DNA from: Octopus vulgaris
Lineage: Eukaryota
Assembly: GCA_951406725.2 (NCBI GenBank)
Contig: OX597822.1
Coordinates: 78,678,001-78,742,000 of the forward strand
DNA: 64,000 nt
Reading direction: 5' to 3'
The position numbers were made by a program, and so were the translations under genes. Shown here piece by piece: positions 24,301 through 36,700 of the stretch; the first letter of the stretch is position 1; every line of letters starts with the position of its first letter. The notes under the pieces were generated by a model. The model was not told where the DNA came from, searched no databases, and saw only the letters and a list, made by a program, of their open reading frames with translations.

Positions 24301-25319
24301 GTCTATGTTGTGGGGTACATTCTTCACCTGGGAAGGTTTTGGCATTTATAAGCAGCCATCTCTCCCTTTGCCTTGTAAGGATGTAGTCAATTTGGCTGGT
24401 ATGTTGGCCCGATTGGTAAGTGACTAGGTGGCTGGTAGGTTTCCTGAAGTTAGTGTTGCAAATCATAAGATTATTTGCATCGCAGAACTCCAGCAGCCTG
24501 GTTCCCTCCTCGTTGCGGGAGCCATAGCCGTAGCCTCCATGTACGCCATGGAAGCCCCCAGCATGTCGTCCAACGTGACCATTGAAGTCACCAGCCACAA
24601 AGATAAGGTCTCTGTCGTTCGTCAATGAGGTAGTCTGCAGTAGAGTGTCATAGAATCGGTCTTTCTGTCCATCGGGTAGCCCCGACTGAGGAGCATAGGC
24701 TGATATAATGGTTGCTAAACTATGATGAAGCACTAATCTAATCTTAAGTATTCTGTCACTTACTCTGATTACCTCAATTACTTTATCTACCCATTTCTCA
24801 GCGATAAGTATACCCACGCCACCAACCCCGTCAGTATTCCCTGCCCAGAAAATCTTGTACCTGCGTTCCTTGCCTGTGAGGAACCTAGCTGATCCTCCTC
24901 TCCACCTTATTTCTTGCATGCAACATATATCCACACATCTCCGTTCAAGCATCTCGACTATCTCACCAGACCTACCTTTCAGAGTGCCAACGTTGAGGGT
25001 GCCAACCCTGAGGGTGTGGAAGGCATGGGCTCTAGAGACCCTGGGACGGTGGACAGTAGCTTCGTGTACCTGAAAAGAAAGCTCGCATTTGGCAGAATTC
25101 ATGTGCAAAAAATGAAGTAGTAAAGTAGCCTTCAGTACAACCTGCATAACGCTAGCCTTTCATATTTTGCACTGTATGAACATTACCTTACATAGGTCGA
25201 GACTAGGGGTAGGGAGGGGTAGGGATGGTGAGAGCATTTGCAGTCTTCATGGGAAGCAACCCCGGAATGGAAGAGAATAGGAACTTCCGGCATGCGTGGT
25301 GGGGGTGGGAGGGCGGGTG
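21362..25319 (-). mobile_element. Near full-length RTE-clade non-LTR retrotransposon (5'UTR, single ORF, ~590-bp 3'UTR, (GAT)n tail)
   Basis: Single ORF with AP endonuclease and RT domains and the RTE-type C-terminus (GRGRPRKTW...DRDLWK); tail is (cat)n on the + strand at 21362-21389. Confidence 0.93.
21980..25147 (-). CDS. RTE ORF, ~1055 aa: APE endonuclease - reverse transcriptase - PHD-type zinc finger - C-terminal region; two compensating 1-bp frameshifts
   Basis: Endonuclease motifs GTLNV, QE, GDFNGH, IDY, QHR; RT motifs KAPGP, NYRGI, QFGF, DMEKAFD, GVHQGSVLSP; YADD at 22937-22926 lies in the shifted frame. ORFs 22991-25147 and 21980-22657 are in the same frame. Confidence 0.93.
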
Positions 25320-28300
25320 CACCGTAGCTGAGTAAAGAGGTTCTGTTAATCGTGAGCTAGCAAATGGGTTAGTATGAATCGGGAGACAATACTAAACGAA
25401 AAATTGAAAAATTGAAAAATCAGAGTGGCTATGAACCTGGAGACAAGTCTAAACGAAAAAAATGTTTGAGCTAGACAGGGTAATGAGGGAATACTGAAAG
25501 AATGAGGGACAATACAATGAGATGGAAATTGAAGAATAGAGAAAGAGTAAGGATAAGTGCAAGAAAGAAGGTAGTCGTAGCGAGGTTGAACGATTCACTT
25601 AACTTTTAGCCATTCATGATCTGTGCGTATTCTTTAGATATTTTGAAGCGAGTGGGGTTAACGATAAATGCGATCGCTCTTTTATGTATGGCGATGATGG
25701 TTTTGGGGAGTGGGGGGGGCATAGAGGACCATGGCGATGATGGTTATGGGAAGGGGGAACATAGCGAGAGAGAGATAGGGTTAGTTAGAGAGAGAGGTCA
25801 AGGGACACGTGACAATAAGCGGTGTGAGGGAATTTGACTGGGGACGGCATTGTCGATAAATAAACATTAGATAAATAGGTTTGAAAATCAGAAAAATCAG
25901 AGGGAATATCATTATTGATAGCTAATATAACACCGTAGCTGAGTAAAGAGGTTCTGTTAATCGTGAGCTAGCAAATGGGTTAGTATGAATCGGGAGACAA
26001 TACTAAACGAAAAATTGAAAAATTGAAAAATCAGAGTGGCTATGAACCTGGAGACAAGTCTAAACGAAAAAAATGTTTGAGCTAGACAGGGTAATGAGGG
26101 AATACTGAAAGAATGAGGGACAATACAATGAGATGGAAATTGAAGAATAGAGAAAGAGTAAGGATAAGTGCAAGAAAGAAGGTAGTCGTAGCGAGGTTGA
26201 ACGATTCACTTAACTTTTAGCCATTCATGATCTGTGCGTATTCTTTAGATATTTTGAAGCGAGTGGGGTTAACGATAAATGCGATCGCTCTTTTATGTAT
26301 GGCGATGATGGTTTTGGGGAGTGGGGGGGGGCATAGAGGACCATGGCGATGATGGTTATGGGAAGGGGGGAACATAGCGAGAGAGAGATAGGGTTAGTTA
26401 GAGAGAGAGGTCAAGGGACACGTGACAATAAGCGGTGTGAGGGAATTTGACTGGGGACGGCATTGTCGATAAATAAACATTAGATAAATAGGTTTGAAAA
26501 TCAGAAAAATCAGAGGGAATATCATTATTGATAGCTAATATAACACCGTAGCTGAGTAAAGAGGTTCTGTTAATCGTGAGCTAGCAAATGGGTTAGTATG
26601 AATCGGGAGACAATACTAAACGAAAAATTGAAAAATTGAAAAATCAGAGTGGCTATGAACCTGGAGACAAGTCTAAACGAAAAAAATGTTTGAGCTAGAC
26701 AGGGTAATGAGGGAATACTGAAAGAATGAGGGACAATACAATGAGATGGAAATTGAAGAATAGAGAAAGAGTAAGGATAAGTGCAAGAAAGAAGGTAGTC
26801 GTAGCGAGGTTGAACGATTCACTTAACTTTTAGCCATTCATGATCTGTGCGTATTCTTTAGATATTTTGAAGCGAGTGGGGTTAACGATAAATGCGATCG
26901 CTCTTTTATGTATGGCGATGATGGTTTTGGGGAGTGGGGGGGGGGCATAGAGGACCATGGCGATGATGGTTATGGGAAGGGGGGAACATAGCGAGAGAGA
27001 GATAGGGTTAGTTAGAGAGAGAGGTCAAGGGACACGTGACAATAAGCGGTGTGAGGGAATTTGACTGGGGACGGCATTGTCGATAAATAAACATTAGATA
27101 AATAGGTTTGAAAATCAGAAAAATCAGAGGGAATATCATTATTGATAGCTAATATAACACCGTAGCTGAGTAAAGAGGTTCTGTTAATCGTGAGCTAGCA
27201 AATGGGTTAGTATGAATCGGGAGACAATACTAAACGAAAAATTGAAAAATTGAAAAATCAGAGTGGCTATGAACCTGGAGACAAGTCTAAACGAAAAAAA
27301 TGTTTGAGCTAGACAGGGTAATGAGGGAATACTGAAAGAATGAGGGACAATACAATGAGATGGAAATTGAAGAATAGAGAAAGAGTAAGGATAAGTGCAA
27401 GAAAGAAGGTAGTCGTAGCGAGGTTGAACGATTCACTTAACTTTTAGCCATTCATGATCTGTGCGTATTCTTTAGATATTTTGAAGCGAGTGGGGTTAAC
27501 GATAAATGCGATCGCTCTTTTATGTATGGCGATGATGGTTTTGGGGAGTGGGGGGGGGCATAGAGGACCATGGCGATGATGGTTATGGGAAGGGGGGAAC
27601 ATAGCGAGAGAGAGATAGGGTTAGTTAGAGAGAGAGGTCAAGGGACACGTGACAATAAGCGGTGTGAGGGAATTTGACTGGGGACGGCATTGTCGATAAA
27701 TAAACATTAGATAAATAGGTTTGAAAATCAGAAAAATCAGAGGGAATATCATTATTGATAGCTAATATAACACCGTAGCTGAGTAAAGAGGTTCTGTTAA
27801 TCGTGAGCTAGCAAATGGGTTAGTATGAATCGGGAGACAATACTAAACGAAAAATTGAAAAATTGAAAAATCAGAGTGGCTATGAACCTGGAGACAAGTC
27901 TAAACGAAAAAAATGTTTGAGCTAGACAGGGTAATGAGGGAATACTGAAAGAATGAGGGACAATACAATGAGATGGAAATTGAAGAATAGAGAAAGAGTA
28001 AGGATAAGTGCAAGAAAGAAGGTAGTCGTAGCGAGGTTGAACGATTCACTAAACTTTTAGCCATTCATGATCTGTGCGTATTCTTTAGATATTTTGAAGC
28101 GAGTGGGGTTAACGATAAATGCGATCGCTCTTTTATGTATGGCGATGATGGTTTTGGGGAGTGGGGGGGGGCATAGAGGACCATGGCGATGATGGTTATG
28201 GGAAGGGGGAACATAGCGAGAGAGAGATAGGGTTAGTTAGAGAGAGAGGTCAAGGGACACGTGACAATAAGCGGTGTGAGGGAATTTGACTGGGGACGGC

Positions 28301-29237
28301 ATTGTCGATAAATAAACATTAGATAAATAGGTTTGAAAATCAGAAAAATCAGAGGGAATATCATTATTGATAGCTAATATAACACCGTAGCTGAGTAAAG
28401 AGGTTCTGTTAATCGTGAGCTAGCAAATGGGTTAGTATGAATCGGGAGACAATACTAAACGAAAAATTGAAAAATTGAAAAATCAGAGTGGCTATGAACC
28501 TGGAGACAAGTCTAAACGAAAAAAATGTTTGAGCTAGACAGGGTAATGAGGGAATACTGAAAGAATGAGGGACAATACAATGAGATGGAAATTGAAGAAT
28601 AGAGAAAGAGTAAGGATAAGTGCAAGAAAGAAGGTAGTCGTAGCGAGGTTGAACGATTCACTTAACTTTTAGCCATTCATGATCTGTGCGTATTCTTTAG
28701 ATATTTTGAAGCGAGTGGGGTTAACGATAAATGCGATCGCTCTTTTATGTATGGCGATGATGGTTTTGGGGAGTGGGGGGGGGGCATAGAGGACCATGGC
28801 GATGATGGTTATGGGAAGGGGGGAACATAGCGAGAGAGAGATAGGGTTAGTTAGAGAGAGAGGTCAAGGGACACGTGACAATAAGCGGTGTGAGGGAATT
28901 TGACTGGGGACGGCATTGTCGATAAATAAACATTAGATAAATAGGTTTGAAAATCAGAAAAATCAGAGGGAATATCATTATTGATAGCTAATATAACACC
29001 GTAGCTGAGTAAAGAGGTTCTGTTAATCGTGAGCTAGCAAATGGGTTAATATGAATCGGGAGACAATACTAAACGAAAAATTGAAAAATTGAAAAATCAG
29101 AGTGGCTATGAACCTGGAGACAAGTCTAAACGAAAAAAATGTTTGAGCTAGACAGGGTAATGAGGGAATACTGAAAGAATGAGGGACAATACAATGAGAT
29201 GGAAATTGAAGAATAGAGAAAGAGTAAGGATAAGTGC
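25320..29237 (-). repeat. Tandem array of ~613-bp monomers (6 full + one 241-bp partial) abutting the LINE 5' end
   Basis: caccgtagctgagtaaagagg recurs at 25320, 25931, 26544, 27158, 27771, 28383 and 28997; copies differ almost only in G-run lengths. Confidence 0.97.
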
Positions 29238-29428
29238 TGTTTGTTTTTATTTTTAGATTTTAAAATTTCCTGCAGTTGATGTCTTCTTAAGTCCTTTGTT
29301 GAGGTTTTCAAGTTTTTCAACTCACTACTGTATAATACATATGTGAGGCCCTAATTGTATATGTACAAGGCTTGTTTGCTTCTTCATTTGTTTGAGTAAG
29401 TCTCAATTTTCTCTTCTTTATTTTTCAG

Positions 29429-29548
29429 AACTACATACAAAGCATCCAACACAAGCTGTCTCCTGCCATGAGGAGTCTGACTACTATTCACTGCGAACCT
29501 GTTGTTGACCTAGAGAGTGCCAATACTACATTGACCCAAGTTTCATGA
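29429..29548 (+). CDS. Terminal coding exon of host gene: NYIQSIQHKLSPAMRSLTTIHCEPVVDLESANTTLTQVS*
   Basis: Strong acceptor ttttctcttctttatttttcag|; phase 0 matches the 6878 donor; TGA at 29546-29548; followed by an AT-rich UTR-like sequence. Confidence 0.65.
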   Translation, partial: NYIQSIQHKLSPAMRSLTTIHCEPVVDLESANTTLTQVS

Positions 29549-29665
29549 ACACATTTCAATGCTGCACTTGCACTATAAACATTATTTTTATTATTATTAA
29601 TATTATTATTATTATTATTATTATTATTGTTAATATTATTATTTTATTTTATTATCTAATGAAAA

Positions 29666-29671
29666 AATAAA
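29666..29671 (+). promoter_or_regulatory. Candidate polyadenylation signal AATAAA
   Basis: About 120 nt downstream of the terminal stop; AT-rich context makes it weak evidence. Confidence 0.3.
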
Positions 29672-30218
29672 ACTCAAAAGATGCTATAGCTTACTTTTGA
29701 CAATAAGTCAACTCAGACAGCGTCAAGTGCAGTGTAGTACATTTAAATACAGATCTATATATATATATATATATATATGAATACACACACACATACACAC
29801 TCTCTCTCTCATACATACCGTGACAGTAACACATAACTCTACTTCCTGAAAACTTTTTTTTTTAAATTTTTGTTTAATTTTTCTCTTCTCTCTCCACCTC
29901 TCTCTCTCTTTCTCTCTCACCTTCTCTATCTTTTTCGTGATCAGTGACTGGTTTGTTTTGAAAGGCATGATAACAACAAAAAAAAAAACCCAACCAATGT
30001 ATATATAATAAGTGTATGTATGCGTGTGTGTGTGTGCATGCATGCATGTGTGTGCATGTGGTGAATAGGGTCACAAACCCTATGCCTAAAAGGTTTCACA
30101 TATAACCAGCCAGTTAGCAAAGCCTTGAGCTGCTGCTTGCATACAATCTTTTGGTATAGGTTTTATATAAACAAAATGTATGTATGCACCTACGATACAT
30201 GTTATTTATATATCATCA

Positions 30219-30260
<42 letters not shown>

Positions 30261-31839
30261 ATATAATATAATATACACTTACAACACATGCATCGAGGTG
30301 TATTTTTTAAGTTTTTCTCTGTTTTTTTTTTTATTGTATGGAAATATATACACACACAGACACACATGTACACACCTACATACTTTCACACACATACACA
30401 TATGTGTATGTGTGTATTTATATACATGCATATATATCCATACATACACACATGTATGTATATGTTTGTATATATGCATACATTCACACATACAGGAAAT
30501 GAGTTTGTTCCATAAGTTGTATAAACACAAAACAAGAAAAAAAAAAGATGTAATTTGCTTTGTATGTGTATATTTTTCGAAGTGTTTTTTTTTAATTCCT
30601 ATTTTATATTATTTATTTAATTCTTATTTTGGATTTTTTAAAATATTTTTTTTTTACAATTTTTTTTAAACTTACCCCCTCCCCCCACTTGTAATATGAC
30701 TAAAGTGTTCATTCATTGCATATTCGCATAGTTTTCATTGTAATTAAAACTCTTACCTTCTTCTTCTTTTTTGAATTATTATTATTTGTAGTAGTAGTAA
30801 GAGAGCAACACATATCATCAAAGTGACACTAGGGTACAAATATACGAATCCCAATATACCCGCCATGCCTATCCGTCTGATAAGGGTACACCTGGCACGT
30901 ACATCACAACCATATGTGCGCAACCTGGTGATCTCATCTCAGGATAAACAGCGCATGACCTTGCAGGCGGAGCCCAGTTGGAATTTTCTTCGGGTTGAGT
31001 AGCCCATTCCACTCAAAAGGTCCCTGAATAAGGTTTGTTTAAGGATGATGAACGAAACACCCATATTTCCAGAGGTGAATTATTCAAATCCCAAAGAATT
31101 CCTCTCAACACATGGCTATGATGCTCCCCAACTACTTCTGCTCGTGATCAGAAATGCACATATCGCCAGCCACTAAGGGTCATGCTTAACTGATTAAGGT
31201 CAAACAACTGACAAGTAAATCTCTGATATTGAGCAGAACATTTGCTGTAGCCCATGTTTCATACCAAGACATGTACATGATAACACTTCCAATCAGTTAA
31301 TCAAAAGCCATGAGAGCCACTGCCTGGTACTGCATCAGGGCAGTTGTTGTTTTTGGTGGTGGTGGGGATAGCATGCTAGATAAAATAGTTAGCCGCATTT
31401 CATCTGTCTTTATGTCTTGAGTTCAAATTCTGCAAAGGTCAGCATTGCCTCCTTTCATCCTTATGGGATAAGCACTGGAGTCAATATAATCAACTAAACC
31501 TCTCAAAATTCCTGACCATGTGTCTATGGTAGAAAGGCTTATCACCATTACTACTTAGAAGTGATATGACCCAGTGGATAAAGTGTATCAGATTCTAGTT
31601 ACTGATGGAGCTTGCAAAGACAAGTTCAAATCCACTAGGGGCATTTTAATTTTCTTTTTTTCTGATTCTCACCTTGTCTTAAACTATCTAGCTATCTATC
31701 AGCAAAATAGTTAATACTAGGTTTTCAAAAGCAACTTCAACCTCATTGCACTGTGTTCCTAGTATACTGGAAACAGCATAAATGTAATCTCCACCAGAAC
31801 TCCAGTAAAGCAGTAATGAATAACACACACAGAAACAGA

Positions 31840-32630
31840 AGATAAAATGCTGAAATTAGACAACTGGCATCACTCAAGATCTTTGTCAGCTGCTCTCCAG
31901 CTATCTATTTTAGGCTGTATATGGCTATGGTGCGGCCATACTTGGAATTTGTATCACCAGTCTAGCTCAGGACATTGACCTTGGAAACAATTCAGAGACG
32001 TGCAACCAAGCATATACCTTTTTACATAGTCATATGAATTCCCCTATATAGAATATAAATTCTCAAACATTTTCTGAAAATTTTCAAAAAATAAAAAGTT
32101 AAGAGGAGTTATGTGGCATGCTTAAAACAGAATTAGACTAAAATACATGCAACCAAGCAAATACCCTCCATCCAACATCTACCATACTCTGAATGCCTTG
32201 CTTCCCTGGGCATAGATACATTGAAGCTCCGACATCTGGCAACTGATTTAGTAAACACCCACAAAATTATTAACCATCATGCCAACAACCACCTTGAACA
32301 CCTTTTTGAGCTCCATGTGTCTCTAACACGTGGGCATGCCTACAAAGTCAGAAAACAGCACAGCTCCCATGACTTTCGGAAACACTTTTTCACACTCAGA
32401 GTTGCTGTTAGTTGCCAAGATGTTACATCCTTTAAAACCTCCATGCTTCCTGAAATTCGCCAACACTACACCTGATATCCACCCCCACCTCCATACGCAT
32501 GCATACATGAATATAATGACTTATACACTGTTCACCTTCCTGACTTTCGTACATAATTCTATGTACTGTGCATGCACCTTTGATGAGTCGTAGTGCACCT
32601 GAGCACTTTACACAATAATTTCGTTACTAC
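31840..32630 (+). mobile_element. Decayed CR1-like LINE 3' fragment
   Basis: Translations MVRPYLEF, ETIQRRATK, TRGHAYKV...RKHFFTLRV are typical of CR1-group ORF2 C-termini. Confidence 0.75.
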
Positions 32631-34465
32631 TATTTTTTTTATTTGAAGTTTTGTTGTCAAATCTGTTGTCTTTTTATTTTTTTAATCAGAAGGAAAAAAA
32701 CGATTTTGTGAAGAAGCAGGTGATGAATCCTGTGCTAAAGTTTGTAAACAAGTACAGGCCTAGACACTTTGCAGTTGAGGAAATTATTGAGGATTTTTAT
32801 TCTTTGGACAAAGTCTATCTTTATGCAGACAATGAGAGTGATTCTGACAATCAAACTGGTGAAAGTGATGAGGAAAATAGTAATCTGGATGAACAAATAG
32901 GAAGGTTGAGAGAAAGGTCTACTGTTGTTCTTTTGAGTTTTTCTTTTGCATATTTGTGGCACGTAAAAAGATTCCAGAACACTCGGTAAAGTGGTTGGCA
33001 TTAGGAAGGGCATCCAGCTGTAGAAACCATGCCAAAACAGACAAATGGAGGCTGGTCAGCTCCCGTCAAACTGTCCAACCCTTGCTAACATGGAAAATGG
33101 ACATTAAACTATGACGATGATGAATTCCATCCATTACTTTGCCTCCAATCATTATTCTTGAGCTGTTAATGCAACTATTTATTTTTCAGCTCAGGAGCCC
33201 AGGTGGAAGGGGTTAATAGGGTTGCATCACCTACTTGATACATACTTCTGAGGGTGATCAGCTCAAACAAATATATTGATTCCTTATTGCACTGGTGTGC
33301 ATGAGATAACAATAATGACGATGATGATGATGGTGTTTGATTGGACAAAGTGAAAATTGTGTGTGGCTTTTTGAATGAGAGTGGGATAATTTGTAATTGT
33401 GTGCTGACATGTCTTTGTCTCATCATCCTTTAATGTCCCCTTTTCTCTACTTGCCTGGGTTGGACTGAACTTATTGTGGCAGATGCCCTTCCTGTCGCCA
33501 ACCACCACCTATTACCAACTAAGGTAATATATTTCCCCATGATCAGAAGACATTTTCATGCAAGTCTGGAAATGGACACCACTTGGATCACAGTGATACT
33601 CATTTACCGCTATCATACAAAGTCAAGGCAAGGAGACAATAAGATACACGTGCGCGCACATACACACATATATCTTCTCTTTTCAAGCCTTTAGGCTATG
33701 GCCATACTGGAGCACTGCCCTGAAGAATTTTAATCGGATGAATCTACCCCAGGACTTACGTTTTTTTAACACTTAGTGTTCACTCTGTTGGTCTTTTTTT
33801 GCCAAACCACTATAGTATGGGGATGTAAATGAACTAACACCTGTTGTTGGACAGTGGTGGGGGACAAAGACATACCCATAGATATACATATGATACACAC
33901 ACAAAATGGGCTTCTTTCAGTTTCCACCTTGCACATTCACCCATAAGGCTTTAGTTTTATATATAATAGCACAGGTTTTTAGCTACAGGAAGTAGAAACC
34001 ACCCTGAATGGATTATGAATAGCCAAACAGCATTCATATCTACTGCTCATTGAATGCAATGGAGGGAATTTTTAGAAGGTCATGAAATACAGGTGTTTTT
34101 TGCCCTGACCACAATATTTTAGATTTGGTATTGTTCCCTCCATTTCCAAAATTATTTTGTCACGTTCTCTTTAATTAGAGTTTGGATCTACAAGTAATTC
34201 TTGTCCATAATTATGATGGCACTCACCACTCTGTTCTTTATCTGACATTTTAATAACAATATGAGAACCATTGTTAGATGACAACATGAATTATGGTCAG
34301 AATTTGTGAGGTTATTCTTGGTCTCTTTTGTACTTGTTTTAAGGCCTCACACACCCACACATATGAAAAATCTCCACGGCTACCTTCAGATATGTTAATT
34401 TCTTCACAACTTTTTTAGGTAATTTTTAATTAAAAACTTTTTTTTTCCCAACAAATAGATACAAG

Positions 34466-34820
34466 CATGATTGTGTGGTAAAATGTTTGCTTTCCAACCA
34501 GATGGTTCTGAGTTCAGTCCCACTGTCTGGCACTTTGGTCAAGTGTCTTCTATTATATCAGGCCAGTTAAAGCCTTGTAAGTGGATTTACTAGACAAATT
34601 GAAAGAAACCTGTCATGTATATTGTGTCTGTATTTGTCCTCCACCACAGCTTGACGACTGGTGTTGGTTTGTTTACTTCCATGTAATTTGGCAGTTTGGC
34701 AAATGAGACTAATTGAGTAAGTCCCACGCTTTAAAAAGTACTGGAGTAGGTTCATTGAGCTAAAAATTATTGAAGGTAGTGCCCCAGCTTGGCCAGTCAA
34801 ATGATTGAAACAAGTAAAAA
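34466..34820 (+). mobile_element. tRNA-derived SINE (family B, CORE-like); copies at ~2934, 3425-3592, 4660-4820(-), 8050-8255(-), 11990-12200, 33680-33950(-), 36752-37170, 48668-48975, 59955-60092(-)
   Basis: Head gtgtggtaa...gttctg(a/g)gttcagtccca, then cttgg(g/t)caagtgt, gccttgt(g/a)agtggattt and the tail gactgaaacaagtaaaa. Confidence 0.8.
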
Positions 34821-34948
34821 AATAATGTTGATGATTACAAATGGTTTCTAAAGCTGGCACAAAACATTTTCCCAAGTTGAAAAGCGTGAGAGACAAGGTA
34901 AGAGACGATGTCAAAGCTGGAAATGATAAACAGTATTTGAAATAATTT

Positions 34949-35706
34949 AAGGCGGCGAGCTGGCAGAAACGTTAGCACGCCGGGCGAAATGTGTAGCCGT
35001 ATTTCGTCTGCCGTTACGTTCTGAGTTTAAATTCCGTTTAGGTCGACTTTGCCTTTCATCCTTTTGGGGTCGATAAATTAAGTACCAGTTACGTACTGGG
35101 ATCGATGTAATCGACTTAATCTGTTTGTTTGTCCCTTCTGTGTTTAGCCCCTTGTGGGTAGTAAAGAAATAGGTATTTCGTCTGCCGTTACGTTCCGAGT
35201 TCAAATTCCGCCGAGGTCGACTTTGCCTTTCATCCTTTTGGGGTCGATATAATCGACTTACTCCGTTTGTCTGTCCTTGTTTGTCCTCTCTGTGTTTAGC
35301 CCCTTGTGGGTAGTAAAGAAATAGGTATTTCGTCTGCCGCTACGTTCTGAGTTCAAATTCCGCCGAGGTCGACTTTGCCTTTCATCATTTTGGGGTCGAT
35401 TACATAGGTACCAGATACACACTGTGGTCGATGTAATCGACTTAATCCGTTTGTCTGTCCTTGTTTGTCCTCTCTATGTCTAGCCCCTTGTGGGCAACAA
35501 AGAAATAAGAAACGTTAGCACGCTGGGCGAAATGCTCTGCGGTATTTCGTCTGTCTTTACGTTCTGAATGCAAATTCCGCCGAGGTCGACTTTGCCTTTC
35601 ATCCTTTAGGGGTTGCTAAATTAAGTACCAGTTGCGTGCTGGAACGATCTAATCGACTGCCCCTCCCTCCTCCAAAATTTCGGGCCTTATACCTAGAGTA
35701 GAAAAG
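34949..35706 (+). repeat. Head-to-tail multimer of SINE family A (four B-box/core units)
   Basis: gtatttcgtctg...aaattccg...gtcgactttgcctttcatc recurs at ~34999, 35173, 35325 and 35543. Confidence 0.9.
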
Positions 35707-36409
35707 AATATTTAAAATAATTTCTAAGATGGTATAAACCGACAGATTTTGGATGTGAAGGTTATAGTTAACTAATTATCTGACTGGTACTTAGTGCCAA
35801 GACTGGACGAAAGGCAAAGTTAACCTTGACTGAATTTTACCTCAGAATATAACAGGTGACAAAACTAAATATTGCAAGGGGCCAAGAGGGCTTCTAGTAG
35901 GATTTTAAACTTAAAATATAGAGGAATATACAACAGGATTTAATTTGCTACAACGAAATATTAACTCTCAGGCAAAGCGTGTTTTTCTTAGAGTTATCTC
36001 CCCTACATCACAATATTGTCCTGTACGAATTACTTTGTTGTGTAAACGTTATTACGAAGCAATAAATTCCATTTAGCGATAATTTTACCCTTTGCCTGCC
36101 CAAAACATTTTCATAAGTTTCTCCTAAACGTCCTAGTTTGTTTTCGGACTTTCAGTCAGCCCTTGTTTCGTATAGTCCGAATAATATAAAGCTTTTCCAC
36201 AAAGCCCAAGTTTCTCTGGTGAAGGGGGGAAAAATGGGAATGTGTATCATATATGATGCACGAACGTGAAAGAAATATGTCCTGTGTATCTCATGCGCTG
36301 TTTAATTGATATTTAACGATGACTACAACGGCTATGAAGAATCAATGAGGGACCTGTACGTGACTGCTTAACGTGCAAAAAATAGCAGTCAAATATCCTG
36401 CATATTATC

Positions 36410-36700
36410 TCGCCTTAGTCGTAGTTCTTTTTGTACAACTAACCCATGCATCGGACAGCAAGACGTCTCCAGTCATCCTAGTTTTCAGCATTGTTGCCTG
36501 CATCTTCTTAAATGATGCTAAGTTGCTTCAGATCTTCTTTGATGGTGGTACGCCATGTCTCTTTGTGTCTGCCTGTCTTCCTTCGTCCCTCTGGTAGTAC
36601 TCCTTGTATAACTATCTTGCGTATTCGTCCCTCAGGCAGTTATAAGACATGACCTGTAAATCTTTCTCTTCATTCTGCCACAATCATTTCTTGTATATTA
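36410..36700 (-). mobile_element. Decayed 3' fragment of a second RTE-type LINE
   Basis: Minus strand reads FTGHVL*LPEGR...GRRKTGRHKETWRTTIKEDL...DDWRRL with internal stops. Confidence 0.7.

Noticed and set aside
25616-25837. 73-aa ORF in the first array monomer
   Set aside because: Not called in the other near-identical monomers; it depends on G-run lengths.
21340-29260. Target-site duplication around LINE plus array
   Set aside because: Left flank (gtaccattaatta) and right flank (tgtttgttttta) do not match.
30800-31342. Relatively GC-balanced ~540-bp block
   Set aside because: Probably an interspersed repeat, but single copy here with no ORF or clear termini.
32651-32989. 112-aa ORF with acidic stretch
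   Set aside because: TTG start and runs into an RTE tail copy; may be a DNA transposon N-terminal scrap but is not supportable.
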